Shown here one piece after another: positions 9,135-19,252 of a stretch of 64,000 nucleotides of DNA. Location of the stretch: the NCBI RefSeq assembly GCF_024298765.1, contig NZ_CP101210.1; one strand, given 5' to 3'. Within the stretch, counting starts at the first letter, position 1. Each line of letters starts with the position of its first letter. A program made the position numbers and the translations under genes. The notes beneath the pieces were generated by a model, which was not told the origin of the DNA, made no database searches, and saw only the letters and a list, made by a program, of their open reading frames with translations. The stretch is from Escherichia coli. Its GTDB lineage: Bacteria > Pseudomonadota > Gammaproteobacteria > Enterobacterales > Enterobacteriaceae.

Positions 9135-11282
9135 TCATGAAGTTATCGCTCTGCTCTCCCCACTCTGCTGTTTCCCTGACAGTTTTTTCAGTATTTCATC
9201 GCGGGGACCATCCATCATTACCCGGCCTTCATTCATCACGATAATACGGTCAACAATATTCAGCACCTGCAGACGATGCGTCACCACCACCATTGTGCGT
9301 CCACGGCTCCAGTGATTCAGCCCTTTCAGAACAATGTTCTCTGTCTGCAGATCAAGACCCGTCGTGGGTTCATCAAGCAGAACTACCCGGGGAGAACCCA
9401 GTACCATTCTCGTCAGAGCGACCATCTGACGCTGTCCTCCTGACAGCCCCTGACCTCCTTCCCCTATCTGCATATCAAGCCCGCATGGGTGATGACGAAT
9501 AAAACGGTCAAACCCGAAACGTCCGGCTGCATTAATCATATCCACATCCGACAGGCTTCCCGGAAGACGCGAAAGCTGCAGATTTTCACGCAGAGTTCCC
9601 AGAAAAAGCCGGGGATTCTGCTCAAGCAGGAAAACCTTATCCCGAACAAAACAGGGATCCAGTTGCTGCATAGCAACCCCGTCAAGGGTAATTTGTCCTT
9701 TATTTTGACGGTATAGCCCTACCATCATTTTCAGTAGCGTCGATTTACCACATCCGATAGTGCCAATAATGCCCACCTTTTCTCCGGGCCGGATACAGAC
9801 AGACATACCTTTCAAGGCTGCAGGTAATTCAGGCTTATAGAAAAACGTGACTGCGCTGAAATGGAATTCCCCCTGGATATCCTTCACGGTCAGATAATGT
9901 GTCTGACTTTCCCGTTCCACCGGGCGGCGAACTATTTCATTCACCCCCTGCATAGCCAGACGGGCCTGCTGGAAACGGGTGGCCAGTGATGCTATCTGGC
10001 CAAGCGGTGCAAGCGCGCGGCCGGAAAGAATAACGGCTGCAATCAGTGCCCCCATGGTGATACGGTTATGTGGGTCATCACTGTGAATAAGGTACGTTCC
10101 CAGAATGACCAGCAGAACAGTATTAATTTGCTGAATTGCTGTGGAAAAGCTGATTATGACATTACTGGTATTTTTTACCCGAATGGACGAACGGGCGACA
10201 CTTGCAGTATATCCATCCCAGCGTCGCTGAACCCAGTTAACAGCATTATTCAGCTTCAGGGTTTCTATTCCGTCCAGAGCCTCCACAAGTAATCCCTGAC
10301 GCTGCGATGATTCCCGCATGGAGGCATTAATATGACGGGAAAGCGGTCGCTGCAGTAATATTCCTGCCAGAATAACCAGCGGGACCAGCGTAAGAGGTAC
10401 AACCGCAAGCCAGCCTCCCACGAGCCCGATAACACTGATGAAAAGCAGAATAAAAGGCAGATCAACAAAAGCCAGTAACGTAGCGCTGGTCATAAACTCC
10501 CTGACAGACTCATATTCCCGCAAATTGCTGGCGTATGAACCAGAGGATGCCGGCCTGTCAGACATTTTTACCGCCATCACCCGACGTAGCAGAGCAGAGC
10601 TGATAATCAGGTCTGCCTTCTTACCCGCAACATCCGTCAGATAACTCCGGATTAACTTTGCAGCACACTCAAACAGAATTGCTGTAATCACCCCGATACT
10701 CAGCATCCATAACGTTTCCCAGGAACGATTAGGTATAACCCGGTCATAGACGTTCATTACATACAGGGAACTGACCAGAGCAAGAAAGTTAATGATAAAA
10801 CTCGCAACAATAACCTGTCCGTAATATGCCCTGAATCGCCACAGTACCCGCCAGAACCATGCCCCGCTCATGTCATACTCTGGCAGCTCCGAGCGACGAT
10901 CCTGCTTTGCCTGTGGCTGAACAAACCAACAATAACCAGAATAAACGGCCATTAATGCATCGTGAGAAAGTGTCTTACGGAGACCTCCAGGCTGAAGCAC
11001 ATGATACTGTCTTGCCAGACCGGCCCCCTCAATACGCACTACCACAATAGCTTCCTGAGCGTTCAATAAAAGAAGCGCCGGAACCGCAAGTGACGGGATA
11101 TCTTCCGGAGATCGCCGGGAAAGATGATTATCAAATCCTTCACTACGAAGAAACTCGCCAACAGAACGAAAATCAATCCCGGATACATCTGTACGGACAG
11201 TACCGGCAGCCAGAGTCTCAGCAGATACAGGTGTACCCAGTAACGCCGTTATCTGTGATAATCCTTCAAAAATACTCTTCAC
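9135..11282 (-). CDS. tosB: T1SS ABC transporter / ATPase (TosB)
   Basis: 715 aa with an N-terminal C39-like domain and a 6-TM domain. Walker A is GTIGCGKST, ABC signature is LSGGQRQ, Walker B is VVLLDEPT. Confidence 0.85.
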   Translation of the reverse strand: MKSIFEGLSQITALLGTPVSAETLAAGTVRTDVSGIDFRSVGEFLRSEGFDNHLSRRSPEDIPSLAVPALLLLNAQEAIVVVRIEGAGLARQYHVLQPGGLRKTLSHDALMAVYSGYCWFVQPQAKQDRRSELPEYDMSGAWFWRVLWRFRAYYGQVIVASFIINFLALVSSLYVMNVYDRVIPNRSWETLWMLSIGVITAILFECAAKLIRSYLTDVAGKKADLIISSALLRRVMAVKMSDRPASSGSYASNLREYESVREFMTSATLLAFVDLPFILLFISVIGLVGGWLAVVPLTLVPLVILAGILLQRPLSRHINASMRESSQRQGLLVEALDGIETLKLNNAVNWVQRRWDGYTASVARSSIRVKNTSNVIISFSTAIQQINTVLLVILGTYLIHSDDPHNRITMGALIAAVILSGRALAPLGQIASLATRFQQARLAMQGVNEIVRRPVERESQTHYLTVKDIQGEFHFSAVTFFYKPELPAALKGMSVCIRPGEKVGIIGTIGCGKSTLLKMMVGLYRQNKGQITLDGVAMQQLDPCFVRDKVFLLEQNPRLFLGTLRENLQLSRLPGSLSDVDMINAAGRFGFDRFIRHHPCGLDMQIGEGGQGLSGGQRQMVALTRMVLGSPRVVLLDEPTTGLDLQTENIVLKGLNHWSRGRTMVVVTHRLQVLNIVDRIIVMNEGRVMMDGPRDEILKKLSGKQQSGESRAITS

Positions 11283-11306
11283 TTAATTACCAACCCTTCA
11301 ACCCCG

Positions 11307-12554
11307 TTATTTTTCTTCTTCACCAGAAAGATTCACTCCGCTCCATTTCAGGAGCATTCCCTGGGAATACAGATAATCCAGCATACCGTGGAGCATCTGA
11401 TCCTCCGTCTGAACCCGGGAGAGTCCGACACTGTACAGTTCGTTTTCAGCATTCAGTAATTCAATCAGTGTTTTTCTTGCCACCTGAAACTGAAGACGAT
11501 AAAAGTCCACAACTCTGGCTGAAGCCTGTTCCTGACGTCTGAGCGTTTCCATTTCCCCTCGACTTTGTCTGACTGTTATCAGAGATAATCGCCCGGTTTC
11601 ATCAATCATTCGGGCGACAGAGTCCAGTCGTCCGGTAGCTGCCACTATTTGCGCAGCTTTTTCTGTAACACCATAACTGGCATTACGGTTAAAGAGGTCC
11701 CAAGACAGATTGACACCTATCTGCTGGTCATCCCGGGTTACAGACCCCGTTAAATCCACCCGAGGGTACCGGGCAAGCTCCTGTGCTTTCAGTGCCGCTT
11801 TTTTACTCTCAACATCAGCTTGGCTGGCAAGCCACGACGGGTTACCTTTCTGTGGAGCCTGTGTAAAATCAGTTAATAATTTGGCCTCTGTCATCCTAGA
11901 AAAAGGATTTTCAAGATCAGCTTCGGTTACCGGATTTTTTGTCCAAGTGGACAGTTTTCCCAGCGTGGTTTTAAGTACTCTGCTCCTAGAATTTATCTGC
12001 TGCCGAACCATCAACCTTCTGGCTTCGGCCTGAACAAGCTCAGACTCCCGCCCGGTATCATGAATACTGATGGTATTCAGGTCATTAAGAATTGCGTTAT
12101 GCCGGGAAAGGCTCTGTTCAAGTACCGCAATGGATTGTTTTTCCCTGAGTGCATCAAGATATAATGAAACAAAAGAGTGAATTGTTTCCTCTTTTGTTTC
12201 TTCCATTTTATAATGATAATATTCGGCTTCTGACTCACTCCGACGCACATCCGCCTCAATAGCCCCTGAAGCAAATATATTCACTTCACCACGAATACCG
12301 GGTAAAATATCTTCAGTGTCATAATCGTAGGAATAACGGTGACTTTGTGAAAGGAGTTTACTTCCTGTAGCTGTGACAACTGGCCAATGTGCAGAGCTTG
12401 CCTGCTCTATGCGGGATTGTGCCGAAGTTAACTCCGCCCGGGCTTCCATTACTATGGGATCGTGCATAACTGCCTCCCTAATTAAGGAGTAAAGAGGCGC
12501 ACTGTTAGTGGAAAATGAAAACAACAATAATAATAACAAATGTTTACGCTTCAT
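11307..12554 (-). CDS. tosC: TolC-family outer-membrane channel (TosC)
   Basis: 415 aa with a signal peptide (MKRKHLLLLLLFSFSTNSA) and a duplicated alpha-helical/beta-barrel OEP repeat pattern. First structural gene of the operon. Confidence 0.8.
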   Translation of the reverse strand: MKRKHLLLLLLFSFSTNSAPLYSLIREAVMHDPIVMEARAELTSAQSRIEQASSAHWPVVTATGSKLLSQSHRYSYDYDTEDILPGIRGEVNIFASGAIEADVRRSESEAEYYHYKMEETKEETIHSFVSLYLDALREKQSIAVLEQSLSRHNAILNDLNTISIHDTGRESELVQAEARRLMVRQQINSRSRVLKTTLGKLSTWTKNPVTEADLENPFSRMTEAKLLTDFTQAPQKGNPSWLASQADVESKKAALKAQELARYPRVDLTGSVTRDDQQIGVNLSWDLFNRNASYGVTEKAAQIVAATGRLDSVARMIDETGRLSLITVRQSRGEMETLRRQEQASARVVDFYRLQFQVARKTLIELLNAENELYSVGLSRVQTEDQMLHGMLDYLYSQGMLLKWSGVNLSGEEEK

Positions 12555-12606
12555 TTTTATGATTTTTATTTAAAATATTAATAACGTGATTGTCCGTGCT
12601 TTTGCA

Positions 12607-12909
12607 CTAAAAACTATTATTATAATATTCACTTAGCAATGCGCAGACATTATGTATATGAGATATTTTCTTTAAGCTAATAGAAAAATAACTCAGTGAA
12701 ACATCGTTTCTTTCACATACTTCTCGTTTTGTAAAACCATCTACTAAGTGCTCTCTTAATGACATAATGATCTTATCACTTCGAATTCCAGATAATTCTA
12801 TTAGTAACCAGAAGTGTTCATTTGAAATGTTATTTATAGCTGGTTTTACATTAAATCGATAATGAGTTAGCGTATTCCGCTGTATATGATCTGCCATACC
12901 ATTACACAT
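12607..12909 (-). CDS. tosR: PapB/FocB-family transcriptional regulator (TosR)
   Basis: About 100 aa. Residues EHFWLLIELSGIRSDKIIMSLREHLVDGFTKREVCERNDVSLSYFSISLKK resemble PapB. First gene of the tos operon. Confidence 0.7.
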   Translation of the reverse strand: MCNGMADHIQRNTLTHYRFNVKPAINNISNEHFWLLIELSGIRSDKIIMSLREHLVDGFTKREVCERNDVSLSYFSISLKKISHIHNVCALLSEYYNNSF

Positions 12910-13250
12910 TATTCAATGTTTAATTTATTATTGATTCACATTATAAATACATATTTGTTTGCATCAAATTTTTTTTGCCCTCAATCAAAAAACCATTAAA
13001 TGAAATTTAAAACCAATAAAACCAATAATACTAGAGATTACATCTAAAAAATTACTTCTCTGTAGGGTTTTTATCTAAAAAAAGTGAAATCTCAAAACAA
13101 AAAATTATTTATAAAATAAAACAAATGGGCATTTTTTTGGTAAAAATCAATTTTTATATGCAGATAATATCTATATTATAGATATTATTGTTATCCATCA
13201 TGTAGCGACCAAGGCGGTAGTGATTAAAGGGGGGGTGGATATAAAAATTT
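12910..13250 (-). promoter_or_regulatory. Extremely AT-rich tos upstream control region
   Basis: A ~340-bp AT-rich tract with A/T runs directly upstream of tosR. This is the position where the tos promoter and nucleoid-protein/TosR binding have been described. No -10/-35 assigned. Confidence 0.4.
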
Positions 13251-13252
13251 AT

Positions 13253-13700
13253 TGTACGTGGACTGCACCCCAAAACTTGGAGACCCAACTGATTAATGTG
13301 CAATTTTTATGGCAAAGCCAAAATATTCTCTCGAAACCAGATTGGTTGTAGTTAATCATTATCTTTCCAGACACGATGGCGCACGTCGTATCGCTAAACG
13401 TTTTGGTGTTGAAAAAACATCTGCTGGGTAAGGTAAGAGACTGGTAACTCCACGATATTGATCGTATCACATGGAAAAATGACCTCCACACTCCTGAGTT
13501 TCGACTGACGGTTGTCCTGAAGTCTCTGAGTGAAGAACTTACCACGCGCGAGGCCGCTGCACGGTTTAATATCTCAAATGAATCCGTTATCCGGCACTGG
13601 GTGAAGAAGGTCTTCTGAACATAAAACCAGGCCGGAGCAAAGACATGACAAAATCTCAAAAAACACCTCCACTTACTGATGCAGAACTGGAAAAGTGGCT
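13253..13700 (+). pseudogene. IS3-family (IS150-like) left end and decayed orfA
   Basis: IS150-like terminus tgtacgtggactgcacccc at 13253. Translation gives MAKPKYSLETRLVVVNHYLSRHDGARRIAKRFGVEKTSAG(stop), then TPEFRLTVVLKSLSEELTTREAAARFNISNESVIRHWVKK in another frame. It is cut off by the ISL3 remnant. Confidence 0.5.
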
Positions 13701-13724
13701 CTTCTGCAACCTGGGTGGAGATTC

Positions 13725-14991
13725 TCATGCCAGTGGACTCATTACCCTCTGTTTGAGTAGTTCAAATCCGGCTCGACCATACATCTGGCGTTTCAACATC
13801 TTCAGGCGATTTACATGACCTTCGACAACACCATTACTCCAGCGACTGCTGATTGCCTCACATATAGCCGCAGCATCAGCTTCCATCCCCGCAGCCACGC
13901 ACCGAAGTTCTGCTGAGCCGCTTTCGTGGACTCGAGTGAACAAGCTGCTTAGCTGTGATTTATTTTGGGTTTTCAGAATACGGTAGAACTCGAGTACCAG
14001 TTGCTGCGCTATTTTCAGCTCCGGTTCTTTTTCACACATCAGACTAATAAATCGGGAAGCATAATTTTCTTCACCCCTGATTATTAACCAGTGGCTTACC
14101 CGGGACACTGAAGGAAGTCTGAAGGAAGTCTGACGGCAGTAGTAACCGGTGGGATCCAGCCTTTACGCGATTTGGCAACAGCATCCCTGACGATGGTTTC
14201 ACTGCCTGTACCCCCCTGGCCACCATTTCCCGCCATATCCTGCTGGCGTTATAATTACCACTTTCTCGTTGCTCTTTTAACCACTCCCTCCATGGGTCCA
14301 GAAGCCCTCGCTTTGGAGGCCGGGTTGACATTTCAGGGAATGTTCCTGAACGCCCCCTGCGACTGACTGTCACACGCGACAGGCCTGTAATACGGGATAT
14401 TTCCCTGAAACTACATCCCTTGTTATGCAGGGCCATAACCTCTGTCCAAAGCTGATGCCGTTTTTTGCGGGTTTGCTGTTTAAGGCGTTCCGGACGACGG
14501 AGCGATACTGCAGGCACAGATGGTTTTGCCCGGGTTATTCCTTTGGTGACAACTAACTGGTAACAAGACGTATCAGAGTCATATGTCTGTACATCATTCG
14601 TTCAGGCGCATCGCCAATATTGTTTAGCAGAAGCCATCGTTCAGCTACCTGTCTGGCCTGAGGTGCACCTTCACGTGCTGCTGTCGCATTGATTCCGCAG
14701 CGATCACGCGAGACAACCTGTATTTCCGGATATTTTCTGAACCAGGTCGCCAGCGTATGCTGATCGCGACCGTGCAACAGGACGAGGGGACGGTGAGTAT
14801 CAAGATTGACTATTAACATACCGCAGCAGTGGCCCCGATGCCACGCCACTCATCAATACCGACATGGGGCGAGCCTGACAGTTTCGTCTCCAGGGTATTA
14901 TAAGCCTGCGAAGAAGAGTATCTGCACTGCAACGGAGACCCACTGTCGTTGCTGCCCGTTTTCCAGCCTCACCTCCGGCTATTAATCCCAT
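13725..14991 (-). pseudogene. ISL3-family transposase, multiple frameshifts
   Basis: Four consecutive minus-strand ORF pieces. Hallmarks are IDEWAWHRGHCCGMLIVNLDTHRPLVLL...VVSRDRCG and the C-terminal NGVVEGHVNRLKMLKRQMYGRAGFELLKQRV. Confidence 0.7.
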
Positions 14992-15611
14992 CTGACGCTG
15001 TAAATTTTGTAACGACTGTGAAGACTGCTGGTGTGAACTGGCTAAGGGAGCAAGCGACCCGGCAAAAATTTTACGTGAACAAGCCGGGTTACGGCAGTAC
15101 CAGTGGCGGACGGAAAATACAAGCCATAGCGTCTGGCCTGTGCAGGGTAGATGCTGTATCCGGCGCCGGGGACAACTATGAACAGAATCGCTACGCTTAA
15201 AGCATTCAGGACATTGCGCTGTTTTGCGTTTTCCGCGGAGATGGAGGGTTATACCGTCAGATCTAATAATTTGTCGACTGCATTACCATCCGCAAGGTAA
15301 CTGTAGAAGTGTCTTAAGAGAGTGCATTGCGTTGCCCATAACTGAAAACAGCTTAGATCCTTGTTCACCAGAAAGTTTCATCCATTTTCTTCCACCCAGG
15401 TTGCGGAAGAGCTACTTTTCATCCGTCGTTGACAAATAATGATGAGATAGTCACAGAGCAGCGTTTGGGAAGCGCACAATCACAATATTGTACGGTTGCA
15501 TTATCGCGGTAGAGTATACCTAGACTGGCCCCCTGAATCTCCAGACAACCAGTATCACTTATTTAAGTGATAGTCTTAATACTAGTTTTTAGACTAGTCA
15601 TTGGAGAGCAG

Positions 15612-15977
15612 ATGATTGATGTCTTAGGACCGGAGAAACGCAGACGGCGTACCACACAGGAAAAGATCGCAATTGTTCAGCAGAGCTTTGAACCGGGGAT
15701 GACGGTCTCCCTCGTTGCCCGGCAACATGGTGTAGCAGCCAGCCAGTTATTTCTCTGGCGTAAGCAATACCAGGAAGGAAGTCTTACTGCTGTCGCCGCC
15801 GGAGAACAGGTTGTTCCTGCCTCTGAACTTGCTGCCGCCATGAAGCAGATTAAAGAACTCCAGCGCCTGCTCGGCAAGAAAACGATGGAAAATGAACTCC
15901 TCAAAGAAGCCGTTGAATATGGACGGGCAAAAAAGTGGATAGCGCACGCGCCCTTATTGCCCGGGGATGGGGAGTAA
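15612..15977 (+). CDS. insC: IS2 InsC (OrfA)
   Basis: [56 protein letters not shown]..., 121 aa. Confidence 0.95.
15929..15935 (+). promoter_or_regulatory. IS2 A6G programmed -1 frameshift site
   Basis: aaaaaag lies in the insC/insD overlap, the known slippery heptamer class of IS3-family elements. Confidence 0.7.
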
Positions 15978-16840
15978 GCTTAGTCAGCCGTTGTCTCCGG
16001 GTGTCGCGTGCGCAGTTGCACGTCATTCTCAGACGAACCGATGACTGGATGGATGGCCGCCGCAGTCGTCACACTGATGATACGGATGTGCTTCTCCGTA
16101 TACACCATGTTATCGGAGAGCTGCCCACGTATGGTTATCGTCGGGTATGGGCGCTGCTTCGCAGACAAGCAGAACTTGATGGTATGCCTGCGATCAATGC
16201 CAAACGTGTTTACCGGATCATGCGCCAGAATGCGCTGTTGCTTGAGCGAAAACCTGCTGTACCGCCATCGAAACGGGCACATACAGGCAGAGTGGCCGTG
16301 AAAGAAAGCAATCAGCGATGGTGCTCTGACGGGTTCGAGTTCTGCTGTGATAACGGAGAGAGACTGCGTGTCACGTTCGCGCTGGACTGCTGTGATCGTG
16401 AGGCACTGCACTGGGCGGTCACTACCGGCGGCTTCAACAGTGAAACAGTACAGGACGTCATGCTGGGAGCGGTGGAACGCCGCTTCGGCAACGATCTTCC
16501 GTCGTCTCCAGTGGAGTGGCTGACGGATAATGGTTCATGCTACCGGGCTAATGAAACACGCCAGTTCGCCCGGATGTTGGGACTTGAACCGAAGAACACG
16601 GCGGTGCGGAGTCCGGAGAGTAACGGAATCGCAGAGAGCTTCGTGAAAACGATAAAGCGTGACTACATCAGTATCATGCCCAAACCAGACGGGTTAACGG
16701 CAGCAAAGAACCTTGCAGAGGCGTTCGAGCATTATAACGAATGGCATCCGCATAGTGCGCTGGGTTATCGCTCGCCACGGGAATATCTGCGGCAGCGGGC
16801 TTGTAATGGGTTAAGTGATAACAGATGTCTGGAAATATAG
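15935..16840 (+). CDS. insD: IS2 InsD (OrfB, expressed as an InsCD fusion by -1 frameshift)
   Basis: 301 aa DDE integrase-fold transposase, overlapping insC in the -1 frame. Confidence 0.95.
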
Positions 16841-17174
16841 GGGCAAATCCACTTCTATAAATAATACTAATTAACCTTTATTATTTTTTAATGGTACATG
16901 AACTGTTTTTAGCTGTAACGATAAACAAATCGCCCAAAACGAAAAATACTGGTTATCATTGCTCAGAAAACTCGTACGAGTGGCAGCTTCCCCCCTGAGC
17001 AATGCTTCATTTTCGGTGGTTCTGTGTGATAGAGTTATGCTGACTACAGTGGCAGTAACACTACTTTCCACCACACGAGGATAAAACCAGTCAAAAAATC
17101 AATTATATGAATTAAAAGTATTTTTTATGAAATGTTATGCATATCAACCAGTATGATTAACAGAAAATTTCATC

Positions 17175-17966
17175 ATGACAACACGTATAACTTTCAATAT
17201 GACCAGTGATGAGACGCTGCGAATTGTGGATGAGTACTGTCATACCCACAAACTTTCGCGCTCTAAGGTAATCGACGCATTACTCAGCGCCACAGCACCT
17301 GTCCTTAACGATATTAACTGTTATTATCAACTTGCAGGCAAACTGCAGTCACGCTTATTAAATGGAGTGTATCAACGGGATCTTCCTCACAAACGCAATG
17401 TCGTCAGTGCAGAGAAGTATTGTCTGGAGATCTGGGAAAACAAACTTTTCACCAAAAGAATCCTGGAGTTTGACAGTTCAAATGGTGTTCTGTACGCGCT
17501 GAAACATAAAAGACACTATCGCCGGGATAAGATGATTGGACGGGTTGAAAGCCGGCGTATCAAAGACATTTGCGAATACCAGATGCAACTGTCCGGGGAG
17601 AAGGCAAAATATGCCTGTTTTATTTATATTGAAAGAACAATATACAATCACGATAATCCATCCGGTGGGACACCTGTAAAAGCGGCTGTTGGTAATGCAG
17701 TCATCCTGCTGGCAAAAGACGTGATATATGACGAGTACTTTTTTGATCTGCGGCAGTCATTTTTCGTGAGCGTTAAAGATCTGATGGCCTCTGGCGCAAA
17801 AGGTATTCCGGAGACACAGAAATATCCGGACGTTTATTGCTGGATCCCGCTTTTCTTCATAAATTCCGGCGTGGTCATTACCCCGGTCTATAAAATTGAT
17901 CCCCGGAAACCCGTAACGGTAAAAAAACCGGATCAGATCACTGTTGTTTGTAATTACAGAGAATAA
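17175..17966 (+). CDS. Hypothetical protein with N-terminal ribbon-helix-helix-like segment
   Basis: 263 aa. The N-terminus TRITFNMTSDETLRIVDEYCHTHKLSRSKVIDALLSA looks CopG/RHH-like. I do not recognise the rest. Confidence 0.55.
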   Translation: MTTRITFNMTSDETLRIVDEYCHTHKLSRSKVIDALLSATAPVLNDINCYYQLAGKLQSRLLNGVYQRDLPHKRNVVSAEKYCLEIWENKLFTKRILEFDSSNGVLYALKHKRHYRRDKMIGRVESRRIKDICEYQMQLSGEKAKYACFIYIERTIYNHDNPSGGTPVKAAVGNAVILLAKDVIYDEYFFDLRQSFFVSVKDLMASGAKGIPETQKYPDVYCWIPLFFINSGVVITPVYKIDPRKPVTVKKPDQITVVCNYRE

Positions 17967-18349
17967 TCTCAGTCTTCTCCGCTCACCGCAACAGTGTTTA
18001 CCTCGCTTTATCTTCCGTTCAGTAAATACAAACCTCCGCTCTGGCAGGTACAGGGCGTGGTTTATCTCCGGTACTCCCCTGCACAGTAATAATCATCACT
18101 GAAAATACTGATCCCGTCACGGCAAAACGCCATCCCATATTCCGGCAACACAAAATCATCTTCCGTTTATACCGGCTTCACTGACAAAACAGACAACCTG
18201 TATTGCCTGTACACAACAGTTTCTCTCCTGGCAGGAATATTCCCCTACTGATTTTTTACGTTTCTCCCCGGTTGTTATGCCGGTGAAGGTGGTGCGTTGT
18301 TTTCATCATCAACGCCGGCTGAGATTAACAACATCCGGAGGAGATTTTT

Positions 18350-18556
18350 ATGACCACCCCAGTTTCGCTGATGGATGACCAGATGGTCGATATGACGTTT
18401 ATCACTCAGCTGACCGGCCTGACCGATAAGTGGTTTTACAAGCTCATCAAGGATGGGGCCTTTCCGGCACCCATCAAACTCGGCCGCAGCTCCCGCTGGC
18501 TGAAAAGTGAAGTGGAAGCCTGGCTGCAGGCGCGTATTGCACAGTCCCGTCCGTAA
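18350..18556 (+). CDS. alpA: AlpA-family (prophage CP4-57-type) transcriptional regulator
   Basis: 68 aa containing MTFITQLTGLTDKWFYKLIKDGAFPAPIKLGRSSRWLKSEVEAWL, the AlpA/MerR-like HTH signature. Confidence 0.85.
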   Translation: MTTPVSLMDDQMVDMTFITQLTGLTDKWFYKLIKDGAFPAPIKLGRSSRWLKSEVEAWLQARIAQSRP

Positions 18557-18634
18557 TTTTTAACCACTGGCCCTTCGCCCACAGCAGACGCAATCTCCGG
18601 CCTGCCGGCGGCACTCTGCTGCCTGTTATCCCCC

Positions 18635-19252
18635 GTGAGGAATATGAAAATGAAACCACAGTATCAGACCCGTTACGAGCTGCTCCACGAAAGCTACCAG
18701 AAATGGCTGACCGGCTTCACCCGGCACGCCGTATCCTGGGGCGTGTGTCATCCGAATATCCACTACTTCCAGAATCTGACGCCCGGGTGGGTGTCATTCA
18801 ATGGTGAAAAACCGAAGATTGCCATCGTACCCCGGAGTCTGCACCGGCTGATTTATGGCTCTGACAAACGGGCCACGCCGCCCCTGGATGATGATCTGGT
18901 GGTGAACTTATGCACCAGCGAACATCTGCTGGTTCATCATCCGATGCTGGAAGGGATTCTGCTGTCTGAATGTGAACGTCTGAGGCAGCGTTCTCTGGCA
19001 AATAAACTGATCAGCCTCTTCCGTCAGTTTGGTGGCACGGAGTTGCGCCTCAAACTGGTCTGGCTTTGCTGGCTTGATTTAATGACCGGAAACAGCCTTG
19101 ACGACTGGACGGAGAACCTGAAACGGAAATCAGAAAAAGAGCTGGGGGAATGGATCATCGACCGTCAGAAGCAGAACGCAGCACTGACGGATCTGATGGA
19201 TCAGTACGTGCTCCTGGCATACCGCACAACGGTTGACGGTAACCGTAACTGA
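18635..19252 (+). CDS. Hypothetical protein downstream of alpA
   Basis: 205-aa ORF on the same strand as alpA, separated from it by a 78-bp gap. No recognisable motif. Confidence 0.45.
   Translation: MRNMKMKPQYQTRYELLHESYQKWLTGFTRHAVSWGVCHPNIHYFQNLTPGWVSFNGEKPKIAIVPRSLHRLIYGSDKRATPPLDDDLVVNLCTSEHLLVHHPMLEGILLSECERLRQRSLANKLISLFRQFGGTELRLKLVWLCWLDLMTGNSLDDWTENLKRKSEKELGEWIIDRQKQNAALTDLMDQYVLLAYRTTVDGNRN

Larger units (their letters stand above)
15521..16851 (+). mobile_element. IS2 (IS3 family), intact, 1331 bp
   Basis: Termini are tagactggccccctgaatctcc and ataggggcaaatcca. InsC and InsD sequences are as I remember them. Flanking pentamers atacc and cttct differ, so there is no 5-bp target duplication. 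Confidence 0.95.

Noticed and set aside
13249-13728. 159-aa minus-strand ORF
   Set aside because: It runs antisense to the decayed IS150-like orfA, whose plus-strand translation is recognisable. It is most likely a shadow ORF.
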